Numbered from the stretch's first letter, positions 18,895 through 29,123 are shown. The stretch: DNA of 64,000 nucleotides from Parcubacteria group bacterium GW2011_GWA2_42_14 (GCA_000998135.1 LCCV01000001.1:8958-72957); one strand, 5' to 3'. Notes: a model not told the origin generated them from the letters alone. A program made the numbers and translations.

Positions 18895-21800
18895 TTACCA
18901 TCCGTTTTCTACTTTTGTTTTGTTGTTTTGATACTCCCTGAATGATAATTTGTCAATCCCCGCCCAAACTTGCTTGCCTTCAATCTCCAGATCGCACTCG
19001 GCTTTAAAAATCTTTTTTCCGCCGATGTAAAATTCTTTAGCGCCCGCTTCAGCCATAATAAATTTTTTCCATTTTTCCAAAACAATATCTAAATCCGGAG
19101 CGACTTTGAGATTCCTCGCTTCGCTCGGAATGACGCCGAAGGGGTTCGAAATGATACCGGAAGAAAATTGTACCCGGATTTTATCTCTGGGATGAAGTCC
19201 TAAATCTTTACGCATTTCCTGAATGTTTCTGACAATTTCACGCATCATTCCTTCTTCTTTTAATTCCGGCGTAATCACCGTATCAAGTTTCAATTCTTTC
19301 CCAAAGGTGATTTCTTTCACATTCACTTCTTCTTTAATCAATTCTAATAAATCCTTGCGGAGTTGTCGGTTGTTGGTTGTAAGTTGTAAGTTGGCAAGCG
19401 GCTGTCTTACTTTAATCCCCACCTCGGCTCTTAACTTCAGCGCCTCGGCAACAACCTTTCGTACTGTTTCCATGTCTTTGAAAAGTTTCTTATCGCCCTC
19501 AGTCATCCTGAGCCGCAGCGAAAGATCTTTTGAGATTCTTCGCCCCGCTGCGGCTCCGCTCAGAATGACACCCGAAGAGGGCCACTCCGCTAAATGTACG
19601 CTCTCCTCCTCGAGTCGTATTTTTTTTCTCAATTCCCGCCATATCGCATCGGAAAGAAAGGGAATAAACGGCGCTGTTAATTTTGAAAGCTGTACTAATA
19701 TATATGCTGTTGTTAGAGCCGCCTCATTTTTTTCAACAATTGTTTTTGGTTTCTGAAATCTTCGCCTAGAACGTCTCAAATACCAATTGGAAAAATCATT
19801 AAGAGTAAATTCTTCAATTGCCCGCGCCGCCCCGGTAATATCATATTTATCAAGTTTTTTTGTGACTTCAACAGCCAAATTTTCCAATTTTAAAATAATC
19901 CATTGATCAAGGAAGTTTCTTTTTTTTGAATTTTGAATTTTGAATTTGTTTGGGATTTGGGATTTGGGATTTGGGATTTTATCTATGTATGTATCAAAAA
20001 ACACAAAACTGTTCCAAAGCGTTCCTAAAAATCCCCGAAGTTTTACCTGCAAATCTTTCTCATCAAATTTTTTTGGCTCACCCGGGGAATTAATCGTATA
20101 AAAATACCAACGTATGGTATCCGCCCCGTATTTATTAATCATATCCTTGGGGTTAATCACATTGCCCTTGGACTTAGACATTTTCTGTCCGTTCTTATCA
20201 AGCACGTGCCCAAGCGATATAACATTTTTATAAGGCGCGCCCTTTCCAAGAAGCGTTGCTACGGCAAGCAAAGTATAAAACCACCCTCGCGTCTGGTCCA
20301 CCGCCTCTGATATGTAGTCGGCCGGATACAATAATGTTGTTGGTTGTTGGTTGTTGGTTGTTGGTTGTTTTGCGAAAGGCCAATGACCTTGAGCAAATGG
20401 CATAGCGCCCGAATCAAACCATACATCAATTATCTCCGGAACTCTCTTCATTTCTCCCCCGCATTTTTTACAAGAAAAAACAACGGCATCAATATAGGGC
20501 CGGTGGAGATTCACAGCGCCGGTAAAATCCCGCGGCAAATTTTTTAACGGCAAATCAAGCGTTTCGGCAAAAAAAATAAAATCATCTTCACGCTTCCCCA
20601 TATGCTCACGAATCGTTTCTTCATTAGACCAGCCCAAGGCCCCGCTAAACATCATCCAAATCGGATATTCATGGCTTACAATAAGAATAGTTTTTCCGGA
20701 GTGTTTTTGTTCCATATCCGCCATAAAATCCATAATCCTCGCCCTAAGCTCCGAAAGAGTTTCACCGTTAGGGGGGCGTTTCGTAAATTTTTCCAGATGC
20801 GATGAAAAATAACTATGATACATATGGTCAGGCCTTTCGTGAAAATCACCGACATTCACTTCCTGAATCCTTTTGTCAAAATGAACCGGAAGTTCAATAA
20901 TTTTTCCGACAATTTCCGCGGTTTCCCTTGTTCGCAAAACCGGCGAAGAAATAATCAAATCAATACCCCTTTTTTTCAAAAGACCGGCTCTTTTTTCAGC
21001 TTGGACTCTGCCTTTCAGCGTCAAAGGATGTCCGTCAATAGAACCGCAGAGATTTTTAATATTGGAAAGCGACTCGCCGTGACGCATAACCATATATTTA
21101 TTTCTGGCGACACCGCTCCTTTCATGAAGTTCTTCAAGAGAACCGACGGCCTCAATATTTTCACATTTCCCGCACCTCCATACCGGCAAGGGCGTTCCCC
21201 AAAATCTCTCACGAGAAAAAGCCCAATCGCGGACTTCCCGCAAAAATTCACCGAAACGGCCGTCCTTGATATGCTCCGGCATCCAATTTATTTTAAAATT
21301 GCCTGACAATAATTTTTCTTTCAGCACTGTCATTTTTATCCACCAGGCATTTTTTGCAAAATACAAAAGCGGCGTATCGCACCGCCAGCAATGCGGGTAA
21401 TCATGCTCATGCGGTTTTACAAAAAATAGCAGATTCCGCTTCTTCAAATATTCAATAATGTCGCGGTCCGCGGTTTTTACAAACTTTCCTTCGCCGACAA
21501 TTCCTTTTTTAACCGTGCCGTCAACATTTACCGTGTGCAGTATCGGATAATTTAGCTGAACGTCATTCTGAGCCACAGGCGAAGAATCCCCTCCTTGAGA
21601 TCCTTCGCTTCGCTCAGGATGACGATAATACGACTTTACCGCCCGCATATCATCATCGCCAAACGCCGGCGCTATATGCACCATGCCCGTTCCTTCCTCC
21701 GTAGAAACAAAATCTCCTGGTATAACGCTAAACCCCGGAGGACTGCCCAAAAAATATTCTTGAGGAACGCTGAATAACGGTTCATATTCCGTCCCCAGCA

Positions 21801-22659
21801 GAGATTTTCCCGAAACTTTTTCAACCACCTCAATTTTTTCCTCGGGGCTGTGAGGCGGTATAGTCGCCGACCACACACAATATCTTCCGCCGCCCGCGGC
21901 CCCGTCACCCACTTCCCATTTAGTGTATTCAATCTTCGGATTAACCGCCACCGCCACATTTGCGGGCAGGGTCCATGGCGTAGTTGTCCAAATAAGCAGG
22001 TATTCATTTCTTTCTCCTTTGATTTTTAATTTAACAAAAACAGAATTTTCTTTTACCGTCCTATATGCTCCCGGCTGGCCCAATTCATGCGTGGAAAGGC
22101 CGGTTTCACACCGCGGGCACCACGGCACCACTTTAAAATCCTGATACAAAAGTTTTTTCTTCCAAATTTCTTTGATAATCCACCATAAACTTTCTATATA
22201 CTTGGTTTCATACGTAATGTAAGGGTTTTCAAGGTCAAGCCAAAAACCGATACGCTTGGTTGATTTTTCCCACTCTTCCTTGAACTGCCACACGGACTGG
22301 CGACATTTTTCGTTGAACGCCGCAATGCCATATTTCTCAATATCCTTTTTGGTTTTAATTCCCAACATCTTTTCCACCTGAATTTCAACCGGCAAACCGT
22401 GCGTATCCCACCCGGCTTTTCTCGGCACAAAAAACCCGCGCATAGTTTTATAACGCGGAATAATATCTTTGAACGAGCGCGACTCCAAATGATGAATTCC
22501 GGGAGCAGCATTGGCAGTAGGCGGACCTTCGTAAAATATAAATGTTTTACCCCGTTTATTTTTGGCAAGCGACTTCTCAAAAATCTTGTTTTTCTCCCAA
22601 AATTCCAAAATTTTTTCTTCCCGTTCGGGCAAACTAAGTTGTTTATTATCATCAGACAT
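18895..22659 (-). CDS. ileS: isoleucine--tRNA ligase (type 2-like) with inserted histidine-phosphatase domain
   Basis: FYEGPPTAN, GWDTHGLP, WTTTPWTLPAN, DVWFDSG, DQTRGWFY, KMSKS. Confidence 0.95.
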   Translation of the reverse strand: MSDDNKQLSLPEREEKILEFWEKNKIFEKSLAKNKRGKTFIFYEGPPTANAAPGIHHLESRSFKDIIPRYKTMRGFFVPRKAGWDTHGLPVEIQVEKMLGIKTKKDIEKYGIAAFNEKCRQSVWQFKEEWEKSTKRIGFWLDLENPYITYETKYIESLWWIIKEIWKKKLLYQDFKVVPWCPRCETGLSTHELGQPGAYRTVKENSVFVKLKIKGERNEYLLIWTTTPWTLPANVAVAVNPKIEYTKWEVGDGAAGGGRYCVWSATIPPHSPEEKIEVVEKVSGKSLLGTEYEPLFSVPQEYFLGSPPGFSVIPGDFVSTEEGTGMVHIAPAFGDDDMRAVKSYYRHPERSEGSQGGDSSPVAQNDVQLNYPILHTVNVDGTVKKGIVGEGKFVKTADRDIIEYLKKRNLLFFVKPHEHDYPHCWRCDTPLLYFAKNAWWIKMTVLKEKLLSGNFKINWMPEHIKDGRFGEFLREVRDWAFSRERFWGTPLPVWRCGKCENIEAVGSLEELHERSGVARNKYMVMRHGESLSNIKNLCGSIDGHPLTLKGRVQAEKRAGLLKKRGIDLIISSPVLRTRETAEIVGKIIELPVHFDKRIQEVNVGDFHERPDHMYHSYFSSHLEKFTKRPPNGETLSELRARIMDFMADMEQKHSGKTILIVSHEYPIWMMFSGALGWSNEETIREHMGKREDDFIFFAETLDLPLKNLPRDFTGAVNLHRPYIDAVVFSCKKCGGEMKRVPEIIDVWFDSGAMPFAQGHWPFAKQPTTNNQQPTTLLYPADYISEAVDQTRGWFYTLLAVATLLGKGAPYKNVISLGHVLDKNGQKMSKSKGNVINPKDMINKYGADTIRWYFYTINSPGEPKKFDEKDLQVKLRGFLGTLWNSFVFFDTYIDKIPNPKSQIPNKFKIQNSKKRNFLDQWIILKLENLAVEVTKKLDKYDITGAARAIEEFTLNDFSNWYLRRSRRRFQKPKTIVEKNEAALTTAYILVQLSKLTAPFIPFLSDAIWRELRKKIRLEEESVHLAEWPSSGVILSGAAAGRRISKDLSLRLRMTEGDKKLFKDMETVRKVVAEALKLRAEVGIKVRQPLANLQLTTNNRQLRKDLLELIKEEVNVKEITFGKELKLDTVITPELKEEGMMREIVRNIQEMRKDLGLHPRDKIRVQFSSGIISNPFGVIPSEARNLKVAPDLDIVLEKWKKFIMAEAGAKEFYIGGKKIFKAECDLEIEGKQVWAGIDKLSFREYQNNKTKVENGW

Positions 22660-22722
22660 ATTACCAATCATATATAAATTCGGCATAAATGCAAAATAAA
22701 AACGGCTTTTGGGGCCGCATAT

Positions 22723-23109
22723 TTATTTCCAAAGAATCGCCACCAAGGCGCAAACCAAAAATAACAGCGCAACAACCATATTTTTAGCCGGCAGTTCTCC
22801 CAGATAAAGCCATGCCGTAAAAAACATTATCAAGATGCTTGAAAACCAAACCGTAAGCTGAACAAGCCAAACCCTCTCCGAAAACACGTTATGATACCCA
22901 TACCAATAAATGTATGAGTTCAATACACCCATGGGAATAAAAATCGGCAGAAGAATAATGCAATAACCCAACCAAAAAGTCCCGATATTAGGAAATCGCA
23001 TACCTAAAAGTTCAAGTTTAGCGGCGTTTTGTATCTGCCAAAAGACGACGATATTGCCTATAACCTGAACAGCGCTTGCCAGGAAAAAAATCCATAACCA
23101 ACCAAGCAT
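22723..23109 (-). CDS. membrane protein
   Basis: four hydrophobic segments, 2 nt downstream of argS. Confidence 0.65.
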   Translation of the reverse strand: MLGWLWIFFLASAVQVIGNIVVFWQIQNAAKLELLGMRFPNIGTFWLGYCIILLPIFIPMGVLNSYIYWYGYHNVFSERVWLVQLTVWFSSILIMFFTAWLYLGELPAKNMVVALLFLVCALVAILWK

Positions 23110-23111
23110 TT

Positions 23112-24740
23112 TTACATCTTCTCCGGCTTAGAAATTCCTAAAAGACCTAATATATTATGTAACACAATTTGAGTTGAGCTGACAAGAACAAGGCGCGCGT
23201 TTTGCAATTCTAAATTTTCAGACAAAACATGCTGCTTTTCGTAAAAATTATGAAAAATTTTGGATAGCTCAAGAGCGTATCGCGTAAGGCGTATAACCTG
23301 AAAATCGCCCGCTGTATCTTCAACAACTTCCGGAAACTGCATCAGTTTTTTAATCAGCATCCGTTCCTCGTCCGTATTTAATAATTTAATAATTTGAATT
23401 TTGCTTGCCCGCCATAGCTTTAGCGAAGGCGGGGATTTTCCCAATATACTACTACATCTTACATACGCATACTGGACATAATACACCGGATTCTTCATTG
23501 ACCTTTCTTTGGCCAATTTCATGTCAAAGTCCATGTGGGTATCGGGCGAATGCATCAAAAAGAAAAAACGCGCCGCGTCCGGCCCCACTTCTTTTATCAA
23601 TTCCTCAAGCGTGATAAACTCTCCCCGGCGCTTGGACATTTTCACTTCTTTGCCGTCTTCAATCAGCCGCACCAGCTGGGTAATTATTATTTTTATTTTA
23701 TCTTGGCCGATGCCAAGCGCCTTCAACGCCGCGACCAAGCGGGGGGCGTAGCCATGATGGTCGGCCCCCCAAATATCAATTACTTTATCAAACTTGCGGA
23801 CCTTAAATTTATTCCAATGGTAAGACAGGTCGGGAAGGGCATATGTCGGCTCCCCTGTTTGCCTGACCAAAACACGGTCTTCAGTATCCCCGTATTCTTT
23901 TGCTTTAAGCCAAAGCGCTCCGTCTTTTTCGTAAACCAGGTTTTTTTTCTTAAGTTCTGCTTGTATTTTTTTTACAAGCCCGCTTTTATAAAGAGATTCT
24001 TCCGAAAAAAACTTATTAAATTTAATTTTAAAAATGTTTTCAATATTCACTTGGTTTTCTTTCTGAATTTTTTGCGTTAAAGCAAAACCGACTTCCCCCT
24101 CCATATTTCTCGGATTTTTTGACTTAATTTCTGAAATAATTTTTCTGAATTCCGGGCTTTGAAACTTTTCTTTTACGTATGGCGAAAGATAGCTCATTCC
24201 CCTGCCCAAAGCCGTTTTCCCCAATTCTTTAATTTGCGTGCTGGATTTGGCGTCGTTAATATAATATTCACGGCAAACCTTGGCGCCGAAAAATTCAAGA
24301 ACATTCGCAAGAACATCCCCCAAAAAAGCGCCTCTAGCATTTCCCATGGTAATAGGGCCTGTCGGATTGGCGGAAATGAATTCTATATTTATTGATTGTA
24401 GTTTGTGGATTGTGGTTTGTGGTTTACCATAAATGTTTTTCTTCTTTAAAATCTCTTGAAACTCGCTCTCAAGCGTCTCTTCTGATAATCGGAAATTAAT
24501 AAAACCGGGCGGAGCTGTTTCCGCCTCCCACATTCCACCCCCCACATTCTCTTTAAGAATACCCGCGATTTCCAACGGATTTTTATTCAAAATTTTAGAC
24601 AAAAGCAGGGCGATATTAGCGGAATAATCGCCGTGCGCCGGATTTTCCGGCGCCTCAACCAAAAATTCCGGCATTAAAATATTGCCGAATTTTTCAACAA
24701 CGGCTTTAAGAACGGCTTTTTTGATTTCTGTTCTAATCAT
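23112..24740 (-). CDS. argS: arginine--tRNA ligase
   Basis: HGDYS-N, EFISANPTGP, WGADHHGY, KMSKR-GE, NPVYYVQYA. Confidence 0.95.
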   Translation of the reverse strand: MIRTEIKKAVLKAVVEKFGNILMPEFLVEAPENPAHGDYSANIALLLSKILNKNPLEIAGILKENVGGGMWEAETAPPGFINFRLSEETLESEFQEILKKKNIYGKPQTTIHKLQSINIEFISANPTGPITMGNARGAFLGDVLANVLEFFGAKVCREYYINDAKSSTQIKELGKTALGRGMSYLSPYVKEKFQSPEFRKIISEIKSKNPRNMEGEVGFALTQKIQKENQVNIENIFKIKFNKFFSEESLYKSGLVKKIQAELKKKNLVYEKDGALWLKAKEYGDTEDRVLVRQTGEPTYALPDLSYHWNKFKVRKFDKVIDIWGADHHGYAPRLVAALKALGIGQDKIKIIITQLVRLIEDGKEVKMSKRRGEFITLEELIKEVGPDAARFFFLMHSPDTHMDFDMKLAKERSMKNPVYYVQYAYVRCSSILGKSPPSLKLWRASKIQIIKLLNTDEERMLIKKLMQFPEVVEDTAGDFQVIRLTRYALELSKIFHNFYEKQHVLSENLELQNARLVLVSSTQIVLHNILGLLGISKPEKM

Positions 24741-24798
24741 GAATACACTCTAACAAAATTCAACCAATAAAAAAAGGCGGTTTTCCGCCTCCTATATT

Positions 24799-25062
24799 TT
24801 ATCCTCGTTTTCCTTCAGTTACATATAAAAACGCGCCTTCAAGAATATGCTCGTCTTCAAGTTCGCGCCACCCGCCGAACCCTTCTTCGGTATTCAAAAG
24901 CTGGCGTTCAACTAAATTATAAAATTCTCCGCATCCAAAACAAGAAAGTTCAAAAAGATATTCTGTGCCAAGCCACGAAACACCGCATCGTTCCCGTTCG
25001 CGCAGGATATACGTCTTGATGGCTTCCATTTTTTCTTCACGCGAACGCGCCATTTCAAGCAT
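24799..25062 (-). CDS. hypothetical protein
   Basis: ATG overlaps the purF stop (TAATG); CxxC (CFGC). Confidence 0.5.
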   Translation of the reverse strand: MLEMARSREEKMEAIKTYILRERERCGVSWLGTEYLFELSCFGCGEFYNLVERQLLNTEEGFGGWRELEDEHILEGAFLYVTEGKRG

Positions 25063-26480
25063 TATGTTTCTTTCCCGAATATCCCGTCTTTCAACGGAAT
25101 ATGATAATTTCCTGAAAAACAAGCGTCGCAAAAGTTATTCGCCTTTAATTTGTTTCCAGGAACTTCCATAACCGAACGCCTTAAACCTTCCAAGCTAAGA
25201 TAATGAAGCGAATCCGCGCCAATTTCTTTTCTAATTGCTTCAACGTCGCCGTTCAGCCGTTTGGCGATTAATTCATTTTCAACCCTGTAAGTATCAATCC
25301 CGTAGTAACATGGATATTTATACGGCGGGGAACTAATTCGCGTATGAATTTCTCGCGCTCCCGCCTCCCTTAACATGTTAATTACTCGCTTGATTACGGT
25401 AGAACGCACAATAGAATCATCAACCACAACCACACGCTTTCCTTCCACTAATTCCGGAATAACATTCAATTTTATACGCATTCCTTTTTCTCGACGCTCC
25501 TGAAGAGGCTCGATAAAGGTGCGCCCCACATAGTGAGAACGAAACAAAGCCATCTCTATCGGCAGGCCCGCTTCTTTAGCCAATCCGCAGGCGGCAAAAT
25601 TTCCTGAATCAGGAACCGGAACAACAATGTCGGCATCAACCGCGGATTCGCGCCACAAATTCCGCCCCATCTCCTCACGGACCCTTTGGGCTCTGCGGCC
25701 ATCAAATATGCTATCCGGACGCAAAAAATAAACATATTCAAAAACACAAAACTTCTGCTTTTGAAACGCTTCTGCAGTTGAACAAAACATCTGGTCTCCA
25801 TACGCTCCGGAAAGCGAACCTTGTTTCATCACAATTATTTCTCCGGGCCTGACGTCAAAAAGATATTTCATCCCAAGCACGTCGCAAGTGGCGCTCTCCG
25901 AAGCCAATACTTTAATGCCTCTGCCCTCGCCGTAAACCAGTGGCCTGTTGCCGGTTAAATCGCGCATGCCATAAATCACATCTTTATATAAAACAACCAG
26001 CGCATATGTTCCTTCTACGCGCGATAACGCCCGATACAAAGCTTCTTCAAATCCAAAAGATTCATTAAAATAAATCAAGGACGCAATAATTTCGGTGTCG
26101 GTTGTCGTGCGGAAAAAATATCCCTGCTTGACGCATTCCTGACGAAGCTTTTTTGTATTGGTAAGATTGCCATTGTGGGCGATCCAAAAAGGAACACTCT
26201 TAAATAAACCCTGAATTGGCTGAACATTCTCAAGAGTAGAACCGCCGGCAGTAGAATAACGAACATGGCCAATACCTATTTTCCCGAGAAGTCCGGAAAG
26301 AACTTCTCCCCCAAACACAACCTCAACAGTTCCCATGCCGCGCTTTTCATGATAAACGTTCCCATCATACGTCGCAATCCCCGCGCCCTCCTTTCCTCGG
26401 TGCTGAAGCGACCAAAGCCCGGCATAAATATCCTGAGATACTTCGCCGCTTTCAGAAACAATCCCCAGAATTCCGCACAT
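25062..26480 (-). CDS. purF: amidophosphoribosyltransferase
   Basis: MCGILG, LQHRG, GHVRYST, HNGN, VVVDDSIVRSTV, PCYYGID, CDACF. Confidence 0.95.
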   Translation of the reverse strand: MCGILGIVSESGEVSQDIYAGLWSLQHRGKEGAGIATYDGNVYHEKRGMGTVEVVFGGEVLSGLLGKIGIGHVRYSTAGGSTLENVQPIQGLFKSVPFWIAHNGNLTNTKKLRQECVKQGYFFRTTTDTEIIASLIYFNESFGFEEALYRALSRVEGTYALVVLYKDVIYGMRDLTGNRPLVYGEGRGIKVLASESATCDVLGMKYLFDVRPGEIIVMKQGSLSGAYGDQMFCSTAEAFQKQKFCVFEYVYFLRPDSIFDGRRAQRVREEMGRNLWRESAVDADIVVPVPDSGNFAACGLAKEAGLPIEMALFRSHYVGRTFIEPLQERREKGMRIKLNVIPELVEGKRVVVVDDSIVRSTVIKRVINMLREAGAREIHTRISSPPYKYPCYYGIDTYRVENELIAKRLNGDVEAIRKEIGADSLHYLSLEGLRRSVMEVPGNKLKANNFCDACFSGNYHIPLKDGIFGKET

Positions 26481-26579
26481 AATCCACCTCTTTTTCAAAA
26501 AACAAAGTTTTATAAATATACCACATTTAAAATTAACTTTCAAGGTTTAAAATTTTTATTCAATGCTATAATTAAAGCT

Positions 26580-27032
26580 GTGAAAGTTATTGCCACAAAT
26601 AAACGCGCTTATTTTGACTACGAAATCCTGGAAACATACGAAGCGGGATTAGAATTATTCGGCTTTGAGGTAAAATCAATCAAAACCGGGCACGCAAATC
26701 TCGGCGGGTCTTTTATAGTGATTCAAGCTAAAACCGCCGGCTCGCCCGAGGCATGGCTTTTGAACGCCCACATTCCTCCATATCAGCCGAAAAACACTCC
26801 GGCAAGTTTTGACCCCTACCGAACCCGCCGACTGCTTTTACACAAATCAGAAATCCGGGAACTAATTGGCAAATCGGCCCAAAAGGGCTTGACTTTAGTG
26901 CCTCTTCGGGTATATAATAAAGGCGCACGGATAAAAATTGAATTCGGCTTGTCAAGACACAAGAAAAAGGAAGATAAGAGAGAAACGATTAAAGAAAGGG
27001 AAACCAAAAGAGAGATTGATCGATATAAATAA
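26580..27032 (+). CDS. smpB: SsrA-binding protein
   Basis: NKRAYFDYEILETYEAG, RRLLLHK, DKRETIKER; GTG start 7 nt after TATAAT. Confidence 0.95.
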   Translation: MKVIATNKRAYFDYEILETYEAGLELFGFEVKSIKTGHANLGGSFIVIQAKTAGSPEAWLLNAHIPPYQPKNTPASFDPYRTRRLLLHKSEIRELIGKSAQKGLTLVPLRVYNKGARIKIEFGLSRHKKKEDKRETIKERETKREIDRYK

Positions 27033-27195
27033 AATCCCAAATTCCAATTTCCAAATCTCAAATAAATTCTAAAATCAAATGTTCAAAATTTTTTTTGAAT
27101 TTTGGATTTCGGTAATTCGATATTATTTAGGATTTGATGCTTAGAATTTGGGATTTCACCCCCCGAAATTATTTAATCGCGATTAAATAATTTCG

Positions 27196-27653
27196 GGGGG
27201 TGACAGGCTTCGACAGGTCATTGAAAGCATTAAAAATCGGGTGGAAGACGTGGAGTAACTTCCTAAAATAATCTTCACAAAAATAAGTGCAAACTTATTG
27301 TCACGAGCAAAAGCAGTTTTTGCGTCAATTTTTGACACAACCGACTCATTTGCTCCAGCTTTTGCCTAACGGTAAAAGCGACTTGTTGCGATAGTAATAT
27401 CGCAACCATCGTCATAACTGGCGCTTGACCGGTTATCAAACGGTGTCATATACTCAAGCTTAATCGATTGATTTTTTCGGGATTAGTCGATGACAAATTT
27501 TCCGAAAGGGATTATGAGTGTTTTGCCTAATTCATAATTCATAATTCCCTGCCCCGAGTTAAATCGAGGGGTTAAACAATAATTCGGCTATCGCCCGTAC
27601 AAATTTTTGATGTAATATGCATCTGGACATGGGTTCGATTCCCATCACTTCCA
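27196..27653 (+). ncRNA. ssrA: tmRNA
   Basis: 5' GGGGGTGA..TTCGAC; 3' T-arm GGGTTCGATTCCC and acceptor CACTTCCA with G3.U; tag ORF 27289-27369 ANLLSRAKAVFASIFDTTDSFAPAFA*; follows smpB. Confidence 0.93.
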
Positions 27654-27660
27654 TCGAATA

Positions 27661-27694
27661 AAAATAAAACTACCTATTGGGTAGTTTTATTTTT
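27661..27694. terminator. bidirectional intrinsic terminator after tmRNA
   Basis: AAAATAAAACTACC-loop-GGTAGTTTTATTTT. Confidence 0.7.
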
Positions 27695-27836
27695 GTGCGA
27701 TTCAAATGGAATCTTCCGTTAAACCGCTGAAATTTTGTGTGAATTAGGGTCTTATGTTACTTTTTTGAGACGTATTCGATAATTTTATCCCAATCTAGAT
27801 TATCTTTGATGTAAAAAAGATTAACCACGTCCTTTG

Positions 27837-28028
27837 TCATTTCGTTGGTTTTCTTAAACCTAAAGAATAATCGATTGCTTCATCAATAACATCATACCAA
27901 GAAATCCTATCTCCTATTGGTTCAATTACCTTTTCTATTTCATTCTTGGTTAACCGCCTCCCATAAGTTTCTTTTGCTACTTGTTGAATATCTGTAACGG
28001 TAAGTTTGTAGATCGTCTTGTTTTTCAT
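27837..28028 (-). CDS. small hypothetical protein
   Basis: 63-aa ORF with globular composition. Confidence 0.6.
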   Translation of the reverse strand: MKNKTIYKLTVTDIQQVAKETYGRRLTKNEIEKVIEPIGDRISWYDVIDEAIDYSLGLRKPTK

Positions 28029-28284
28029 GGTGTATTTAATTTAGAAATAAAAAATATTTTCACGATGCCATCGAGTTGAACTTCGATGCGGGTAGATTTC
28101 TTTTCTCTTTGGCAAAATAATTTTGTAGCCTTTACTCGATAAAACCCTAATGAAGTCATAATTTCCCATTCTCCCAAAATTAGACGGTAGAGAACTTACT
28201 TTCGGTGAAACTTTAATCTTGGAAAAATGTGCCTGGTGACTGACATCATTTTCATTTTTCTAACACCATTTTTTCTTTTTAGAA

Positions 28285-29121
28285 CTAAGCAACAAACCCT
28301 GAAGAAGCAATACCTGAATCATTTATTCTTTTTAATGCAAGTTTACAATAATGTTTATTATTATCTATGCCTATAAATTTTCTGCCGGTCATTTGAGCTA
28401 CAACAGGAAGAGTGCCGCTGCCCATAAATGGGTCAATAATAATATCTCCTTTATTGCTTGTACCGACGACTAGACGATTTATAAGCTCGACTGGTTTTTG
28501 TGAAGGATGTTTGCCATGTCTTTTTTCAGAAATAGAGGTTGATGGTATATCCCACATGTTTCTCATTTGTATACCGCCGTTTATTTCCTTAAGTTTTTTA
28601 TAATTAAAAATCCAGTTTTTTGCATTTTTTTTAGTTTCGTTCACAGCCCAAATTATATGCTCCGTACTTTCGCATAACATTCGCTGAGTAACATTAGGGA
28701 AAGCATTCCGCTTATACCAGATAATAGAATTTATCAATTTGCGATTTAGGTTTTGTAAGATAGTGCCAATTTGATATATGTTGTGATACGAACCGAAAAC
28801 AATAATATTGCCGTTTGGTTTGACAACCCTAGCCACTTCAAAAAGCCAATCTTTAGTGAATGATAAGTAATCGTCATCTGAAAATTTATCCCACCCTGCA
28901 TCGATTTTTGAAAAGTTTTTCTCTTTTGTCCAAACCTCATTAGATTGGAGCCAGCCGATTTTTTTCTTATGATCATAGCCAGAAATATTATAAGGCGGAT
29001 CGGTAATACAGTGGTCAACTGAATGACTCGGAAGCGACCTAAGAATTTTAATGGCATCGCCAAAAACCAAAGAACTTTCTCGGGTAGTGTCAATTTCCTC
29101 TTTTAATGATATGCTTTTCAT
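28285..29121 (-). CDS. DNA methyltransferase, beta-class N4-C/N6-A
   Basis: ITDPPY precedes HPSQKP and IIDPFMGSGT. Confidence 0.92.
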   Translation of the reverse strand: MKSISLKEEIDTTRESSLVFGDAIKILRSLPSHSVDHCITDPPYNISGYDHKKKIGWLQSNEVWTKEKNFSKIDAGWDKFSDDDYLSFTKDWLFEVARVVKPNGNIIVFGSYHNIYQIGTILQNLNRKLINSIIWYKRNAFPNVTQRMLCESTEHIIWAVNETKKNAKNWIFNYKKLKEINGGIQMRNMWDIPSTSISEKRHGKHPSQKPVELINRLVVGTSNKGDIIIDPFMGSGTLPVVAQMTGRKFIGIDNNKHYCKLALKRINDSGIASSGFVA

Positions 29122-29123
29122 CG

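Noticed and set aside
3660-21105. inteins as the explanation for the LeuRS and IleRS insertions
   Set aside because: no intein terminal motifs; inserts carry Nudix and histidine-phosphatase signatures
26265-26579. N-terminal extension of the smpB ORF
   Set aside because: antisense to purF; SmpB homology starts at GTG 26580
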